Shown one piece after another: positions 47,923 through 57,836 of a stretch of DNA of 59,318 bases (the first letter of the stretch is position 1; every line of letters begins with the position of its first letter). Source of the DNA: a virus (Duplodnaviria; Caudoviricetes); IMG/VR virus record IMGVR_UViG_3300023174_000187, positions 1-59,318 of that record; one strand, written 5' to 3'. The notes under the pieces are model-generated. The model saw only the letters and a program-made list of their open reading frames with translations. It searched no databases and was not told where the DNA came from. The position numbers and the translations under genes were made by a program.

Positions 47923-48551
47923 TCTTTGTCGTTTTGTTCCTTGTCTCCCCGTAACGATGCAGGAGCAAAATACTCATAGTTTCTTTTTGGAAGTTTGAAA
48001 CCGTCTTTGATAAATACCGATGTGCATTTGTCTTGATGGTCTTCAAAGCGAATTCCCCAAAATGGAATTTCTGTGTAACCCGATTGATAAAGAAAATCAC
48101 ATTGATTTGGAAACCACTCGCTATTGTCAACAAAAATTAGACTTGGTTTGCCCTTAGAAATCAAACTCTTGGTTGTTTTTAGGCGATTGCCGTTGCTATC
48201 AATAAAGACAATCGTTTTATCCCCAATTTTTAGATGGTAGTTGCCATTTTCAAGATTGCGCTGAGTCAAAAGGCGAAAGTCAATTTTTCCAATATCGGGC
48301 AAAAGTTTGTTGTAATAAACATGGTTGGTCTCTAAAGATGTATAAGTTTTGGTTTTAGATGGAAAGTAAAGAGTAGAATTGCCCGCTCCCAACTCAATCA
48401 TGTCCCAATCGGAAAAGTCATAAGAATTGAACCAATCCAAAAAAGGCAAAGACAGCATCGGATAGATGTCCTTTGACCACATACCTTTGAGTTTCATCGA
48501 AGTTAGGATGCTGGCTACCTTTAGATACTGCTCGTCAACTACTATGTCCAT
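47919..48551 (-). CDS. Methyltransferase-fold protein on the antisense strand
   Basis: IELGAGNST, FIDS..R, VDNS; leaderless TATGCT-6nt-ATG. Confidence 0.7.
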   Translation of the reverse strand: MDIVVDEQYLKVASILTSMKLKGMWSKDIYPMLSLPFLDWFNSYDFSDWDMIELGAGNSTLYFPSKTKTYTSLETNHVYYNKLLPDIGKIDFRLLTQRNLENGNYHLKIGDKTIVFIDSNGNRLKTTKSLISKGKPSLIFVDNSEWFPNQCDFLYQSGYTEIPFWGIRFEDHQDKCTSVFIKDGFKLPKRNYEYFAPASLRGDKEQNDKD

Positions 48552-48628
48552 AAGGCAAGCATATGGCGGGTGTTGTCCCGTTTCAAGCCTATGTTGGCTA
48601 TATCATTGAGGAGACGCTAGGAGCGCAA

Positions 48629-49288
48629 ATGAACGAACCGTATGATGTCTATAAGGCTGCTTGTCCTACCGCTACGCAAAATGTAGCCACAAATCTTGCT
48701 CATCGCGAGAAAGCAATCAAAGATGCAGCGTATGGTCCATTGAATCCAGCCGAACCAAATGATGAGTTTTGGAAGAAAAAAGCAGACCGATGGTCGGTCT
48801 CCATCGCAGAAGCGAAAAAATCAAGATGCGGTAATTGTGCAGCCTTTATTCAAACTACAGCGATGCTTGCTTGTATAGATAAGGGGTTGAGTGCGGGTGA
48901 CCCGACTAAAGAAAATTCTTGGGATACCATCAAGGCTGGCAATTTGGGTTATTGCGAAGCCTTCGATTTCAAATGCGCTTCGTCAAGGACTTGTGATGCG
49001 TGGATTGCAGGAGGTCCCGTCAAAAATGGAGTCAAAAAAGAATCCTTCAAAATAGGAGATTTCGTCCGTTGGGACTCCAACGGCTCTGTAGCGCAAGGCA
49101 AAATTGAAAAGATTGTTCGTGATGGAACAATCAATGTGCCGAATTCTTCATTCTCAATCAAGGGCGAGGTAGATAATCCCGCAATGTTGATTCGCATTTA
49201 CAAAAAGTTTGCAGACGGATGGAAAAAGACCGACACCCTAGTAGGTCATAAGGCTTCAACCTTGAGAAGTATTCAACCACTCACATAA
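48629..49288 (+). CDS. Cys-rich domain plus HVA1/DUF2945-like domain
   Basis: CGNC..F, GYC...DFKC..RTC.AW; FKIGDFV.W.S....GKI, VGHK.S.L. Confidence 0.65.
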   Translation: MNEPYDVYKAACPTATQNVATNLAHREKAIKDAAYGPLNPAEPNDEFWKKKADRWSVSIAEAKKSRCGNCAAFIQTTAMLACIDKGLSAGDPTKENSWDTIKAGNLGYCEAFDFKCASSRTCDAWIAGGPVKNGVKKESFKIGDFVRWDSNGSVAQGKIEKIVRDGTINVPNSSFSIKGEVDNPAMLIRIYKKFADGWKKTDTLVGHKASTLRSIQPLT

Positions 49289-49428
49289 TGGCAGCAATGC
49301 AATGCCCGTTCTGCGGGACTTATTTCAAGAAAAAGTTTGGTGATGTTTTGTTAGATGGCACAATCGTTTGCAAGTCTTGTAAATTGAAAGAAATGGTCAA
49401 GATTTTGCAACAAGGTAAAAATAGGTAA
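49288..49428 (+). CDS. Small zinc-finger protein (not in ORF track)
   Basis: CPFC...CKSC; TAATG coupling. Confidence 0.55.
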   Translation: MAAMQCPFCGTYFKKKFGDVLLDGTIVCKSCKLKEMVKILQQGKNR

Positions 49429-49435
49429 AGTAGGC

Positions 49436-49471
49436 AAAAGCCCCAAAGACCTCCCTCTTTGGGGTCTTTTT
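49436..49471 (+). terminator. Intrinsic terminator
   Basis: CCCCAAAGA...TCTTTGGGG followed by TCTTTTT. Confidence 0.8.
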
Positions 49472-49539
49472 GTGTCTTAGAGGGTTCAACCTTCAAGTTT
49501 GATGTTATTCTGCTCACATAGTTTGAATTAGGAGACCCA

Positions 49540-52323
49540 ATGTCTATTACAAGTAGCACTTCAACAGGATTGACTTTTACGCCTAACGAAGTTTTGTATG
49601 ACCCAACTAATAAGTTGCGCGTATCACAGCCTCAGTCCCTTATTGATACAGACTTTGAATACGGTACTCAGGTATCTAAATGGCAGAACTTGACTTTGGT
49701 AAACAACCGCCCGTTTGCTTATTCTTCTGCAACAGCAATCACCGCGATTTCATCAATCACGATGAACACAAACTCCCGCACCGTCACAGTTGTTCTTTCA
49801 ACTGGAGTAGCACCAGCCAACGGCACTCCAATCACAGTTTTAGATACATTTTTGACCATTGCTAACGGAAACTTTTTGATTGATTCAGGTGGAGGCACTG
49901 GAACATTTACCTACACAGGAAATGCAACAAATTCAACCTCAATTACCGCTTTGTTTGATACAAATAAGACTTTGATTTATCAGGGTGCTATTTATACGGG
50001 AGCAAGTATCGGTGCGCAAGGTTCGGCAACATTTGTCCCTACAAGCAACAAGGTTGTTGTAACAACCTCAATCCCACATGGTCTGTCAATTGGTAACGAA
50101 GTTGCTGTGACTGGTATCACAGGAACAAACCCTCCTAACGGTTCATTCATTGTCGCTCAAATTACAAGTCCAACAGTTTTTGCTTTTTATACCCAATCGG
50201 TAGCGTCAGGACTTACCGTATCATCAGCAAACTTGTATGTTCTTGGAGAAGGTTCGTTCAATCATCGCCCTTTTGATGGTGGTGTTATTTTCTCTACAAA
50301 TGCTCAATCAAATTATGAACAAGCAATTCGTCAGACTCGCCGTTATTTCCGTTACCAATCAGGTAAAGGTGTTCAAATTTCATCAGGAACAATCCTAAAG
50401 CCAAGTTTCCAGTTGGATTCTTTGACCTCAAGCGGTACAACCGTAACCGTGCGCACAAAAGAAAAGCACAGCGTATTGCCTGGAACATCAATAACAATTT
50501 CAGGAGCAACAGAAACCGATTACAATGGAACCTTTACAGTTACAGGTGTAACAGGATTCAATACTTTTACATATACAGCGTTAGCAACCCCTTCTGCAAC
50601 ACCAGCGTCAGGTAATTACTATTGTGGAGTTACTGGTTGGTATGGAGCATCAAACCGTCTTGGAATGTTCGATTCGCAAAACGGCGTTTTTTGGGAGTTT
50701 GACGGTCAAACACTAAATGCGGTGCGCCGTAGTTCTACTTATCAAATTTCAGGTCGTGTTTCTATTACAAATGGAGCAGAAACAGTTACACAAACAAGCG
50801 CGTCATTCCCAACAACCTTCTCAAAGCAGTTGAATATTGGAGACAGTATTATCATTCGCGGTATTTCATACCGCGTGATTGATATTGTTAGCGATACACA
50901 ATTGTCAATTTCTCCAGCATATCGAGGAGCAACAATTACAAATGCAATTGTTACAAAAACAACTGAAACTCGTATTCCGCAATCATCTTTCAACATTGAT
51001 AAGTTAGATGGAACTGGTGCATCAGGTTACAACATTGACCTAAGTAAAATGCAGATGTTCTACATTGACTACACTTGGTACGGAGCAGGTTTCATTCGTT
51101 GGGGCGTTCGTGGTCCAAACGGAAATGTTATTTATTGTCACAAGTTGCCTAACAACAATGTGAACGCCGAAGCCTATATGCGCTCAGGTAACTTGCCAGC
51201 GCGTTATGAATCAATAACTCAACCCCCATTTACTTATGCAACAGCAAGTATTGGAGCGGCAGATGCAACAATAACCGTTGCAAGCACAACAGGATTCCCT
51301 ACTCCATCAGTGGGAAGTCCAGGAACTTTGTTGATTCGTAACAGTTCAGCATATGAATATGTCAACTATACGACTATGACAAGTACTCAGTTTGGTGGTT
51401 TGACCCGCGCACAGTCAGGTAATGCTTCATTGGCTTTGACGATTGCATCAGGCTCAAACACCGCAACCGTGTCCTCCGCAGCAAATTTGCAAATTGGGCA
51501 ACAGGTAATTGATGTTACAAACGGTTATTTGCCCGAAGGTACTTACATAACTGGAATCTCAGGAACAACTCTTACCTTGTCAAACGCTGCTACTGGAGCA
51601 AACCCAACAGTTATTGCAGTTCCGCCAGGAGCGTCATCAGGTCAATCATTCACAGTTTCAAGTCCTAATACAAACCCAACTTCTGTTGAACTTTTTAGAC
51701 CTACATTTGCTCCGACTATTAGTCACTGGGGAACATCCGTAATCATGGATGGTCGCTTTGATGATGATAAGTCACTTCTCTTTACCTATGGTCAGATAAC
51801 ATATACAAATATTTTAGCGGGAGCAAATAAAGCGTTGTTTGCAATCCGCGTTGCTCCATCTGTTGATAACGGTATCCCATCAGCATTTGGTGCGCGTGAA
51901 CTTGTAAATCGTATGCAGTTGATTCTTCGTGCGCTTGATATTACAACCAAGACATCGGGCGCGAATATGCTTGTTTTGGCAACATTGAATGGCACTCCAT
52001 CATCAGCAACCACTTGGACATCAATCAACTTGGCAGCGGGAGCGCAAAACTCATCTCTTGCGCAAATTGCTGATTTTTCTGCTGGTTCAACTACCGTAGC
52101 AGGTGGTGAAATAACAGGTGGATTCTTTGTAGCCAGTACTGGTTCTGTTTCCTTAGAAACAGTTCGCGACCTCGGTAACTCCATTCTTGGTGGCGGAGCA
52201 GCAACAGCCAATACGGGTATTTATCCTGATGGTCCCGATGTTCTAACAATTTCTGTAACCAACTTGGGTACAGCAGCGGTAGATGTACTTGGTCGCTTGT
52301 CTTGGACAGAAGCCCAAGCGTAA
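49540..52323 (+). CDS. Large virion surface/fibre protein
   Basis: 927 aa Ser/Thr/Gly-rich; repeated HGL..G..V.V.G..YNG.F.V units; RQTRRYFRYQSGK. Confidence 0.7.
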   Translation: MSITSSTSTGLTFTPNEVLYDPTNKLRVSQPQSLIDTDFEYGTQVSKWQNLTLVNNRPFAYSSATAITAISSITMNTNSRTVTVVLSTGVAPANGTPITVLDTFLTIANGNFLIDSGGGTGTFTYTGNATNSTSITALFDTNKTLIYQGAIYTGASIGAQGSATFVPTSNKVVVTTSIPHGLSIGNEVAVTGITGTNPPNGSFIVAQITSPTVFAFYTQSVASGLTVSSANLYVLGEGSFNHRPFDGGVIFSTNAQSNYEQAIRQTRRYFRYQSGKGVQISSGTILKPSFQLDSLTSSGTTVTVRTKEKHSVLPGTSITISGATETDYNGTFTVTGVTGFNTFTYTALATPSATPASGNYYCGVTGWYGASNRLGMFDSQNGVFWEFDGQTLNAVRRSSTYQISGRVSITNGAETVTQTSASFPTTFSKQLNIGDSIIIRGISYRVIDIVSDTQLSISPAYRGATITNAIVTKTTETRIPQSSFNIDKLDGTGASGYNIDLSKMQMFYIDYTWYGAGFIRWGVRGPNGNVIYCHKLPNNNVNAEAYMRSGNLPARYESITQPPFTYATASIGAADATITVASTTGFPTPSVGSPGTLLIRNSSAYEYVNYTTMTSTQFGGLTRAQSGNASLALTIASGSNTATVSSAANLQIGQQVIDVTNGYLPEGTYITGISGTTLTLSNAATGANPTVIAVPPGASSGQSFTVSSPNTNPTSVELFRPTFAPTISHWGTSVIMDGRFDDDKSLLFTYGQITYTNILAGANKALFAIRVAPSVDNGIPSAFGARELVNRMQLILRALDITTKTSGANMLVLATLNGTPSSATTWTSINLAAGAQNSSLAQIADFSAGSTTVAGGEITGGFFVASTGSVSLETVRDLGNSILGGGAATANTGIYPDGPDVLTISVTNLGTAAVDVLGRLSWTEAQA

Positions 52324-52393
52324 AAAGTGTGTCGCAAGAGTATCAAGCAAATAGTTTGGTGTTATCCTGCTCACAGAGATGGAAGGAAAGTCA

Positions 52394-53284
52394 ATGGCTA
52401 GACCTAGAAAAATGGTTGCTTTGAATATTGAAGAAACCAGTGGCGTTGACCATCCTGCTCATCTTCAAGAGGGGTGGTTGGTCATCAAGTCTGCGGACTC
52501 AGATGTTGCTAATCTTCTCTCAGACCTTGCAAAAAATGAAAACGATTCAGGCACTCGCCTGATACAAGATGGGACTGAGGAGGAACCAATGGCCCAAGAC
52601 GAGACAATCGAAACTCCTGTAGCAGAAGAAGCAGTTGTTGTTGAAGAAACAGCAGAAGCAACTCCAGCAGCAGAAGAAGTAGAAAAAGATGCTCTTGCCG
52701 ACGCTAATAAAAAAATCGCAGAACTAGAGGCGAAGTTGACAGAGACAATGAAGGAACTCGACAAGATGAAGGGTAAGGACATCAAGAAGTCCGAAACTAC
52801 TCTTGAAGATGAAGTAATCAAGTCTGCACCTGAGAGCGTTCAAAAAATGTTCGCAGATGCTAAAGCAGCAGCAGTCGAAGCAATTGCTAAGGCAGCAGCA
52901 ACAGAAGAAATTCTAAAGAAAGAGCGCGAAGAACGCGCCGATGCAGATGCTATTGAAAAGGCAAAAGCATGGGGACACCTTCCACTAGAAGCAGCAAAGA
53001 TTGGTCCCGCCTTGCGTCGCTTGGCAGCGATTGATTCCGACCTCGCTAAGTCAGTTGAAGAAATGCTCAACGCTGTTGAAGCGCAAGCAGAATCAGCAAA
53101 TATCTTTGCCGAAATCGGCAAGTCAGCAACTCCAGCGGGAGGAAGTGCTTACGAGACACTTACTTCAATGGCAAAGTCAGTTGTTGAAACAGGCGGAGGA
53201 ACATTCGAGGCAGCATTCACAGATGCAATCTTGAAAAATCCTTCACTTTACAATCAGTATCTAAGCGAGAAGGGTGCTAACTAG
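52394..53284 (+). CDS. Capsid scaffolding protein with protease-like N-terminal segment
   Basis: EETSGVDHPA N-terminus, Glu/Ala/Lys coiled coil, NP.LY..Y C-terminus; internal RBS+ATG at 52589. Confidence 0.8.
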   Translation: MARPRKMVALNIEETSGVDHPAHLQEGWLVIKSADSDVANLLSDLAKNENDSGTRLIQDGTEEEPMAQDETIETPVAEEAVVVEETAEATPAAEEVEKDALADANKKIAELEAKLTETMKELDKMKGKDIKKSETTLEDEVIKSAPESVQKMFADAKAAAVEAIAKAAATEEILKKEREERADADAIEKAKAWGHLPLEAAKIGPALRRLAAIDSDLAKSVEEMLNAVEAQAESANIFAEIGKSATPAGGSAYETLTSMAKSVVETGGGTFEAAFTDAILKNPSLYNQYLSEKGAN

Positions 53285-53286
53285 AA

Positions 53287-53679
53287 ATGGCATACGAATT
53301 CAGTAATTACAGCGTAAAGGTCACCCTCGTAGCGGGTGCTGACCTTTCAGCATTGCAGTACTACTTTGTAAAACTAAACGCAAGCGGACAAGCAGTTGCT
53401 TGTGCTGCTGCAACGGATGTCCCAATTGGTGTTCTTCAGAACGCACCAACTTCAGGACAAGAAGCCGAAATCCTAATCGTAGGTGGAACTAAGGTTGTTG
53501 CTGGTGCAGCAATCACACTTCCATCAGCAATTGGAACAGGTGCAACAGGTAAGGCAGTCGCGCTTACCACAACAGACACAACCAAGTATGTAGTCGGTTC
53601 GCTTATCACCGCTGCTGGTGCTGACCTTGATGTTGTTACTGCCGTTATCAACTGCGCTAACGCAACAAGAGCCAACTAA
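53287..53679 (+). CDS. Capsid cement/decoration protein (DUF2190-like)
   Basis: AGADL...Y.FVK, IGVLQN.P..G, G.AV. Confidence 0.8.
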   Translation: MAYEFSNYSVKVTLVAGADLSALQYYFVKLNASGQAVACAAATDVPIGVLQNAPTSGQEAEILIVGGTKVVAGAAITLPSAIGTGATGKAVALTTTDTTKYVVGSLITAAGADLDVVTAVINCANATRAN

Positions 53680-53692
53680 GGAGAAATGACAA

Positions 53693-54670
53693 ATGCCACA
53701 GCCAAGTATCAATACAGTACACATTGATGCGATTCTGACTAATATCTCAGTCGCATACATCCAAAAGCAAGAAAACTTCATTGCTGACAAGGTATTCCCA
53801 GTAGTACCTGTTGACAAGAAATCAGACAAGTACTTCACTTACAACAAGAACGATTGGTTCCGTGATGAAGCGCAGCGTCGTGCAGATGCAACCGAATCTG
53901 CTGGTTCAGGCTACAGCCTAAACACAGGTTCATACTCTGCTGATGTATGGGCTTTCCACAAAGACATTGGTGACCAAACAATCGCAAATGCAGATGCACC
54001 TCTCAACCCTCTACGCGAGGCAACTGAGTTCGTAACATCTCGTTTGATGCTCCGCAAGGAACTACAGTTTGTAACCGACTTCTTCACCACAAGTATTTGG
54101 GGAACAGATGTAACAGGTGTTGCAGGTACTCCAACAACAGGTCAGACAAAGCAATGGTCTGACTACACATCATCTGACCCAATCAATGACATCGAAGCAG
54201 CAAAGTCAGTAATTCTTTCAACAACAGGTTTGGCTCCAAACACACTTGTTCTCGGATACGAAGTATTCCGTCAGTTGAAGAATCACCCTGACCTAGTTGA
54301 CCGTATCAAGTACACATCTTCACAGACAATCACAGAAGATATGCTTGCTCGTATGTTCGACCTAGACCGCGTACTCGTTGCTAAGGCTGTAAAGGCTACA
54401 AACAACGAAGGTGCAACAGCAGCATACGGTTTTGCTTACGGCAAGGCTGCACTTCTTTGCCATGTTGCTTCTGCTCCAGGACTCCTAACACCATCAGCGG
54501 GTTACACCTTCTCATGGACAGGCGTTTCAGGCGGTATCGGTTCAAATATCGGTGTTCGCTCATTCCGTATGGAATCTCTCAAGGCAGAACGCGTTGAGGC
54601 AGAAATGGCGTTTGACAATAAGGTAATCGGTACAGACCTCGGTTACTTCTGGAACACAATCGTCGCTTAG
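53693..54670 (+). CDS. Major capsid protein
   Basis: HIDAILTNIS.AY...FIA..VFP.VPV; SDPI.DI; 325 aa after scaffold and cement. Confidence 0.92.
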   Translation: MPQPSINTVHIDAILTNISVAYIQKQENFIADKVFPVVPVDKKSDKYFTYNKNDWFRDEAQRRADATESAGSGYSLNTGSYSADVWAFHKDIGDQTIANADAPLNPLREATEFVTSRLMLRKELQFVTDFFTTSIWGTDVTGVAGTPTTGQTKQWSDYTSSDPINDIEAAKSVILSTTGLAPNTLVLGYEVFRQLKNHPDLVDRIKYTSSQTITEDMLARMFDLDRVLVAKAVKATNNEGATAAYGFAYGKAALLCHVASAPGLLTPSAGYTFSWTGVSGGIGSNIGVRSFRMESLKAERVEAEMAFDNKVIGTDLGYFWNTIVA

Positions 54671-54679
54671 TCAACAAGT

Positions 54680-54719
54680 AGATGGGGGGAGTTGGCTTAG
54701 GTCGCTCCCCCCTCTCTTT
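54680..54719 (+). terminator. Intrinsic terminator
   Basis: GGGGGAG...CTCCCCC followed by TCTCTTT. Confidence 0.75.
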
Positions 54720-54739
54720 AGAAAAGAAAAGGAAAAAAA

Positions 54740-55183
54740 ATGGCAAATCCATTACGCCTTTCTAAGGGCGATGTAGTAGCAGGAGAGATTCTTTCTGACA
54801 CAGATTTAGAAGTTGGAGACGATGCTTACATCGTCGGTGCTTTTGGTCGTGGCTATGTAGCAACAACTGTTGTTGACGGTGCTTCGATGACTTTTACAGC
54901 AGCAAATCTTTTGACAGGAATTATCTCAGCAACTCCAACAGCAAACCGAAATGTTACTGCTCCAACAGCAGCGACAATCATTGCTGCGGTAGATGCACTA
55001 AACCCAACAGGTTTAGGTTTTGAGTTTACAATCGTGAACCTAGCACCTACGACTTATTCGCTTACTTTGGTAACAGCAACAGGTCTTACTCTTGTAGGGT
55101 CAATGGCTGTGGCTGCTGCTTCAAGCGGTACATTTATTGCTCGCCTTGATTCAACCTCAGCAGTAACAATTTACCGAAAGTAA
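54740..55183 (+). CDS. Virion decoration-like protein
   Basis: T.PTAA, G..FEFTIVN; beta-rich. Confidence 0.65.
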   Translation: MANPLRLSKGDVVAGEILSDTDLEVGDDAYIVGAFGRGYVATTVVDGASMTFTAANLLTGIISATPTANRNVTAPTAATIIAAVDALNPTGLGFEFTIVNLAPTTYSLTLVTATGLTLVGSMAVAAASSGTFIARLDSTSAVTIYRK

Positions 55184-55186
55184 ATA

Positions 55187-55366
55187 ATGAAAGCACAACT
55201 TTTGAAAAGTATGCTTATTGATGGAGAAACAGTTCCAGCGGGAACAGTTCTTGAAGTTAGCGGTTGGAAAAATGTAAAGTCTTTGGAAAGTATGCGTTTT
55301 ATTACATTTGTAACAGAAGCAGAAGAAACACCAAAGAAAGAAGTAAAGGCGAAAGTCGCAAAGTAA
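55187..55366 (+). CDS. Small protein (not in ORF track)
   Basis: MKAQLLK...G.V.EV..W.N..SL; basic tail. Confidence 0.6.
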   Translation: MKAQLLKSMLIDGETVPAGTVLEVSGWKNVKSLESMRFITFVTEAEETPKKEVKAKVAK

Positions 55367-55383
55367 GAACATGGAATAAACTA

Positions 55384-55415
55384 AAGGGGCGATTCAGAAA
55401 TGGGTCGCCCTTCTT
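55384..55415 (+). terminator. Intrinsic terminator
   Basis: AAGGGGCGATTC...GGGTCGCCCTTCTT. Confidence 0.7.
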
Positions 55416-55432
55416 AGTCTAAGGAGATTCAA

Positions 55433-55998
55433 ATGGCAATTTCAACCTCAGCGGTTACTCTTACGACCACGCCTCAAAAAATCACAAATGATTTTACTGG
55501 TCGAAATGGTTGCATTCTTTATATTTCAAACCCATCAGCATCAGTAGATGTTTATTTAGGTGGTAGTGCATCAAGTACAACAGCAGATGCTTTTATTTTG
55601 TACGCAAAAACCGTTTACCAATCGTCAAACATCCTTACAATAAAATTAGAAGATAACGAAGATTTGTACGCTTTTGTGGGAACTGGAACTCTTGCAATTC
55701 GCGTCATGCATCAAGGAGACTAAAAATGGCACTTACACATCAAAGAATTTCAATTACATCAACAGCAGTTATTATTTCTTCTTCATTTGCTGGTAGAGAT
55801 GGTCAGTCAGTAATGATTCAAAATCCTGCTACAAATGCAACCGTCTATTTAGGGGGAACGGGAGTCACCGCTTCTAACTATGGCTATGCGCTTCCAAGTG
55901 ACGCAACTGTTTCCATAGACCTAAAAATAGGAGAAGAACTTTATGGTGTTGTTGCAGGAGGCAGTTATACGGTGAATGTAATTCGTCAAGGTGCGTAA
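55433..55998 (+). CDS. Two paralogous small virion proteins (55433-55723, 55726-55998)
   Basis: Shared F.GR.G...I.NP....VYLGG, E.LY..V, V..QG. Confidence 0.75.
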
Positions 55999-56003
55999 AT
56001 TAG

Positions 56004-56561
56004 ATGCCGTTGACATCAAATTTATCAACAGTTACCGTCAGCGGTACATTTGTTGATATTCAAGGTAATGCGATAGCGGGACAGGTTACTTTTACCCCTA
56101 GAGCAACCTTGACAGATACCGTAGCCAATCAAATCATTGTTCCTAAGACAGTTACGGTAACCCTTGATTCAAACGGCTCTTTCAGCACAGTTTTGCCAGC
56201 GACCGATGACACAGATTTGACCCCGTATAACTTCACTTATTATGTAACCGAGTCTTTTGTTGGCGGTCGTTCATACGACATCACAGTTCCAGCGGGTACT
56301 GCTCTCAACCTCGCAGATGTTGCTCCAGCCACTCTAAGCGTTGGAGCGGGTTCAACCTATATCACCCTCACTACATACAACACTTTGTACAATCAAGTAC
56401 AAACAATGGTGGCAACAGTCAACACAGCGACCACAATTACCACTCAAGTAACCACAGCCTCAAATGCAGCGACATCCGCAGCCACATCCGCCTCGACCGC
56501 AGCAACAGCAGCAACGGAGTACACATTGGTTATGCACCCGTTTTTATTGATGGGTGTATAA
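56004..56561 (+). CDS. Fibre-like protein, paralog of the next gene's N-terminus
   Basis: G.FVD.QGNA.AGQ..FT, QIIVP, LPATDD, ESF.GGRSY.I; ends HPFLLMGV. Confidence 0.75.
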   Translation: MPLTSNLSTVTVSGTFVDIQGNAIAGQVTFTPRATLTDTVANQIIVPKTVTVTLDSNGSFSTVLPATDDTDLTPYNFTYYVTESFVGGRSYDITVPAGTALNLADVAPATLSVGAGSTYITLTTYNTLYNQVQTMVATVNTATTITTQVTTASNAATSAATSASTAATAATEYTLVMHPFLLMGV

Positions 56562-57833
56562 ATGGCACTAGCAAGCAATATTGCGCTGACCACGATTACT
56601 GGTCAATTTGTTGATTATCAAGGTAATGCGGTTGCAGGACAAATCAAATTCACCATGAGTAAAACCTTGCGCGATTCAATTGCAGACCAAATTATTGTGC
56701 CTTCAACAGCAACAGCAACGCTTGACGGCACTGGAGCATTTACCGTTACCTTGCCAGCCACAGACGACCCTGAATTGAGCGAAACCTTCACTTATGCAGT
56801 TGAGGAGTCTTTTACTGGGGGACGCTCGTATAACATTTCGTTACCAGCAGTAAACAGTACCATTCGCACAAACTTATGCGCGAACCCGTCCGCGGAAGCA
56901 AATGTTGCGGGAACTACTCCAACAAATGCAACAGCAGGGCAAAACTTTAGCAATTTTAGAACTGGAATCGGTGGTTCAACAGGTACTTCATTTCAACTTA
57001 CCTCGACTGGAGGCGTTGGAACTCTTGCTTGGGACAGAATTGCAACAACCGTTGGTTCATCTTATGCGTGGTCAGGTTATGTCAAAGATGGCACCACAAG
57101 CGCACAGTGGGTTGCTAAAATTGTTTGGTATTCAGTTCAAACGGGTGGAACTGCTATTTCGACCTCTACGGGAACAGCGACCACGGTAAACACCTCAGGA
57201 TGGACAAGAGTTAGCGTCATAGCGACAGCACCAGCATTGGCAACATGGGCAGAAATTCAAATTGTTTCCGCAACCTCATTGACTAGCACCCAGTACGCTT
57301 TTATTGACAGTTGTTTGTTTGAACAGACCACAACAGTCAAAAGTTACTTTGATGGGTATTCAACTGACAGTCTTGGGGGTTCGCCGTATTGGAATGGAAC
57401 GCCCAATGTTTCATCATCCACCTTTCCCGATTTTGGTGGCTCAATTGCTTACACATCTATTTCACCAATTTATAGTTTGAACCCAATTTATTATGTGTAT
57501 CCGAACTCAAACCAATGGACAACACTTGATGCGCAAGTTCAAACTTTAGATGCTCAGGTTGACCAAACAAATGGTTGGTTTGTTTTGTATAACCCTAATT
57601 ATGCCAACTTGACCTTCAAGGCATATTCGGTGTACGCAAGTCAAAATACCTACGCGACCATGAAGGCAGGTCCCGTAATTGTTCAGAATTCCGACATATC
57701 CCCTTACATAGCGATTGCACAGGCGTATCAGAGTGCCGCGGAGACCTCAAAAACGGCAGCACAGTTATCATTGACCTCAATAGAAAACATCGAGGGTACA
57801 TATTTGCACCCCTTCGCTGTGACAGGAGCATAA
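56562..57833 (+). CDS. Fibre-like protein with CBM-like insertion
   Basis: Same N-terminus; RTNL..NPS.E, WTRVSV, YFDG. Confidence 0.75.
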   Translation: MALASNIALTTITGQFVDYQGNAVAGQIKFTMSKTLRDSIADQIIVPSTATATLDGTGAFTVTLPATDDPELSETFTYAVEESFTGGRSYNISLPAVNSTIRTNLCANPSAEANVAGTTPTNATAGQNFSNFRTGIGGSTGTSFQLTSTGGVGTLAWDRIATTVGSSYAWSGYVKDGTTSAQWVAKIVWYSVQTGGTAISTSTGTATTVNTSGWTRVSVIATAPALATWAEIQIVSATSLTSTQYAFIDSCLFEQTTTVKSYFDGYSTDSLGGSPYWNGTPNVSSSTFPDFGGSIAYTSISPIYSLNPIYYVYPNSNQWTTLDAQVQTLDAQVDQTNGWFVLYNPNYANLTFKAYSVYASQNTYATMKAGPVIVQNSDISPYIAIAQAYQSAAETSKTAAQLSLTSIENIEGTYLHPFAVTGA

Positions 57834-57836
57834 AAA

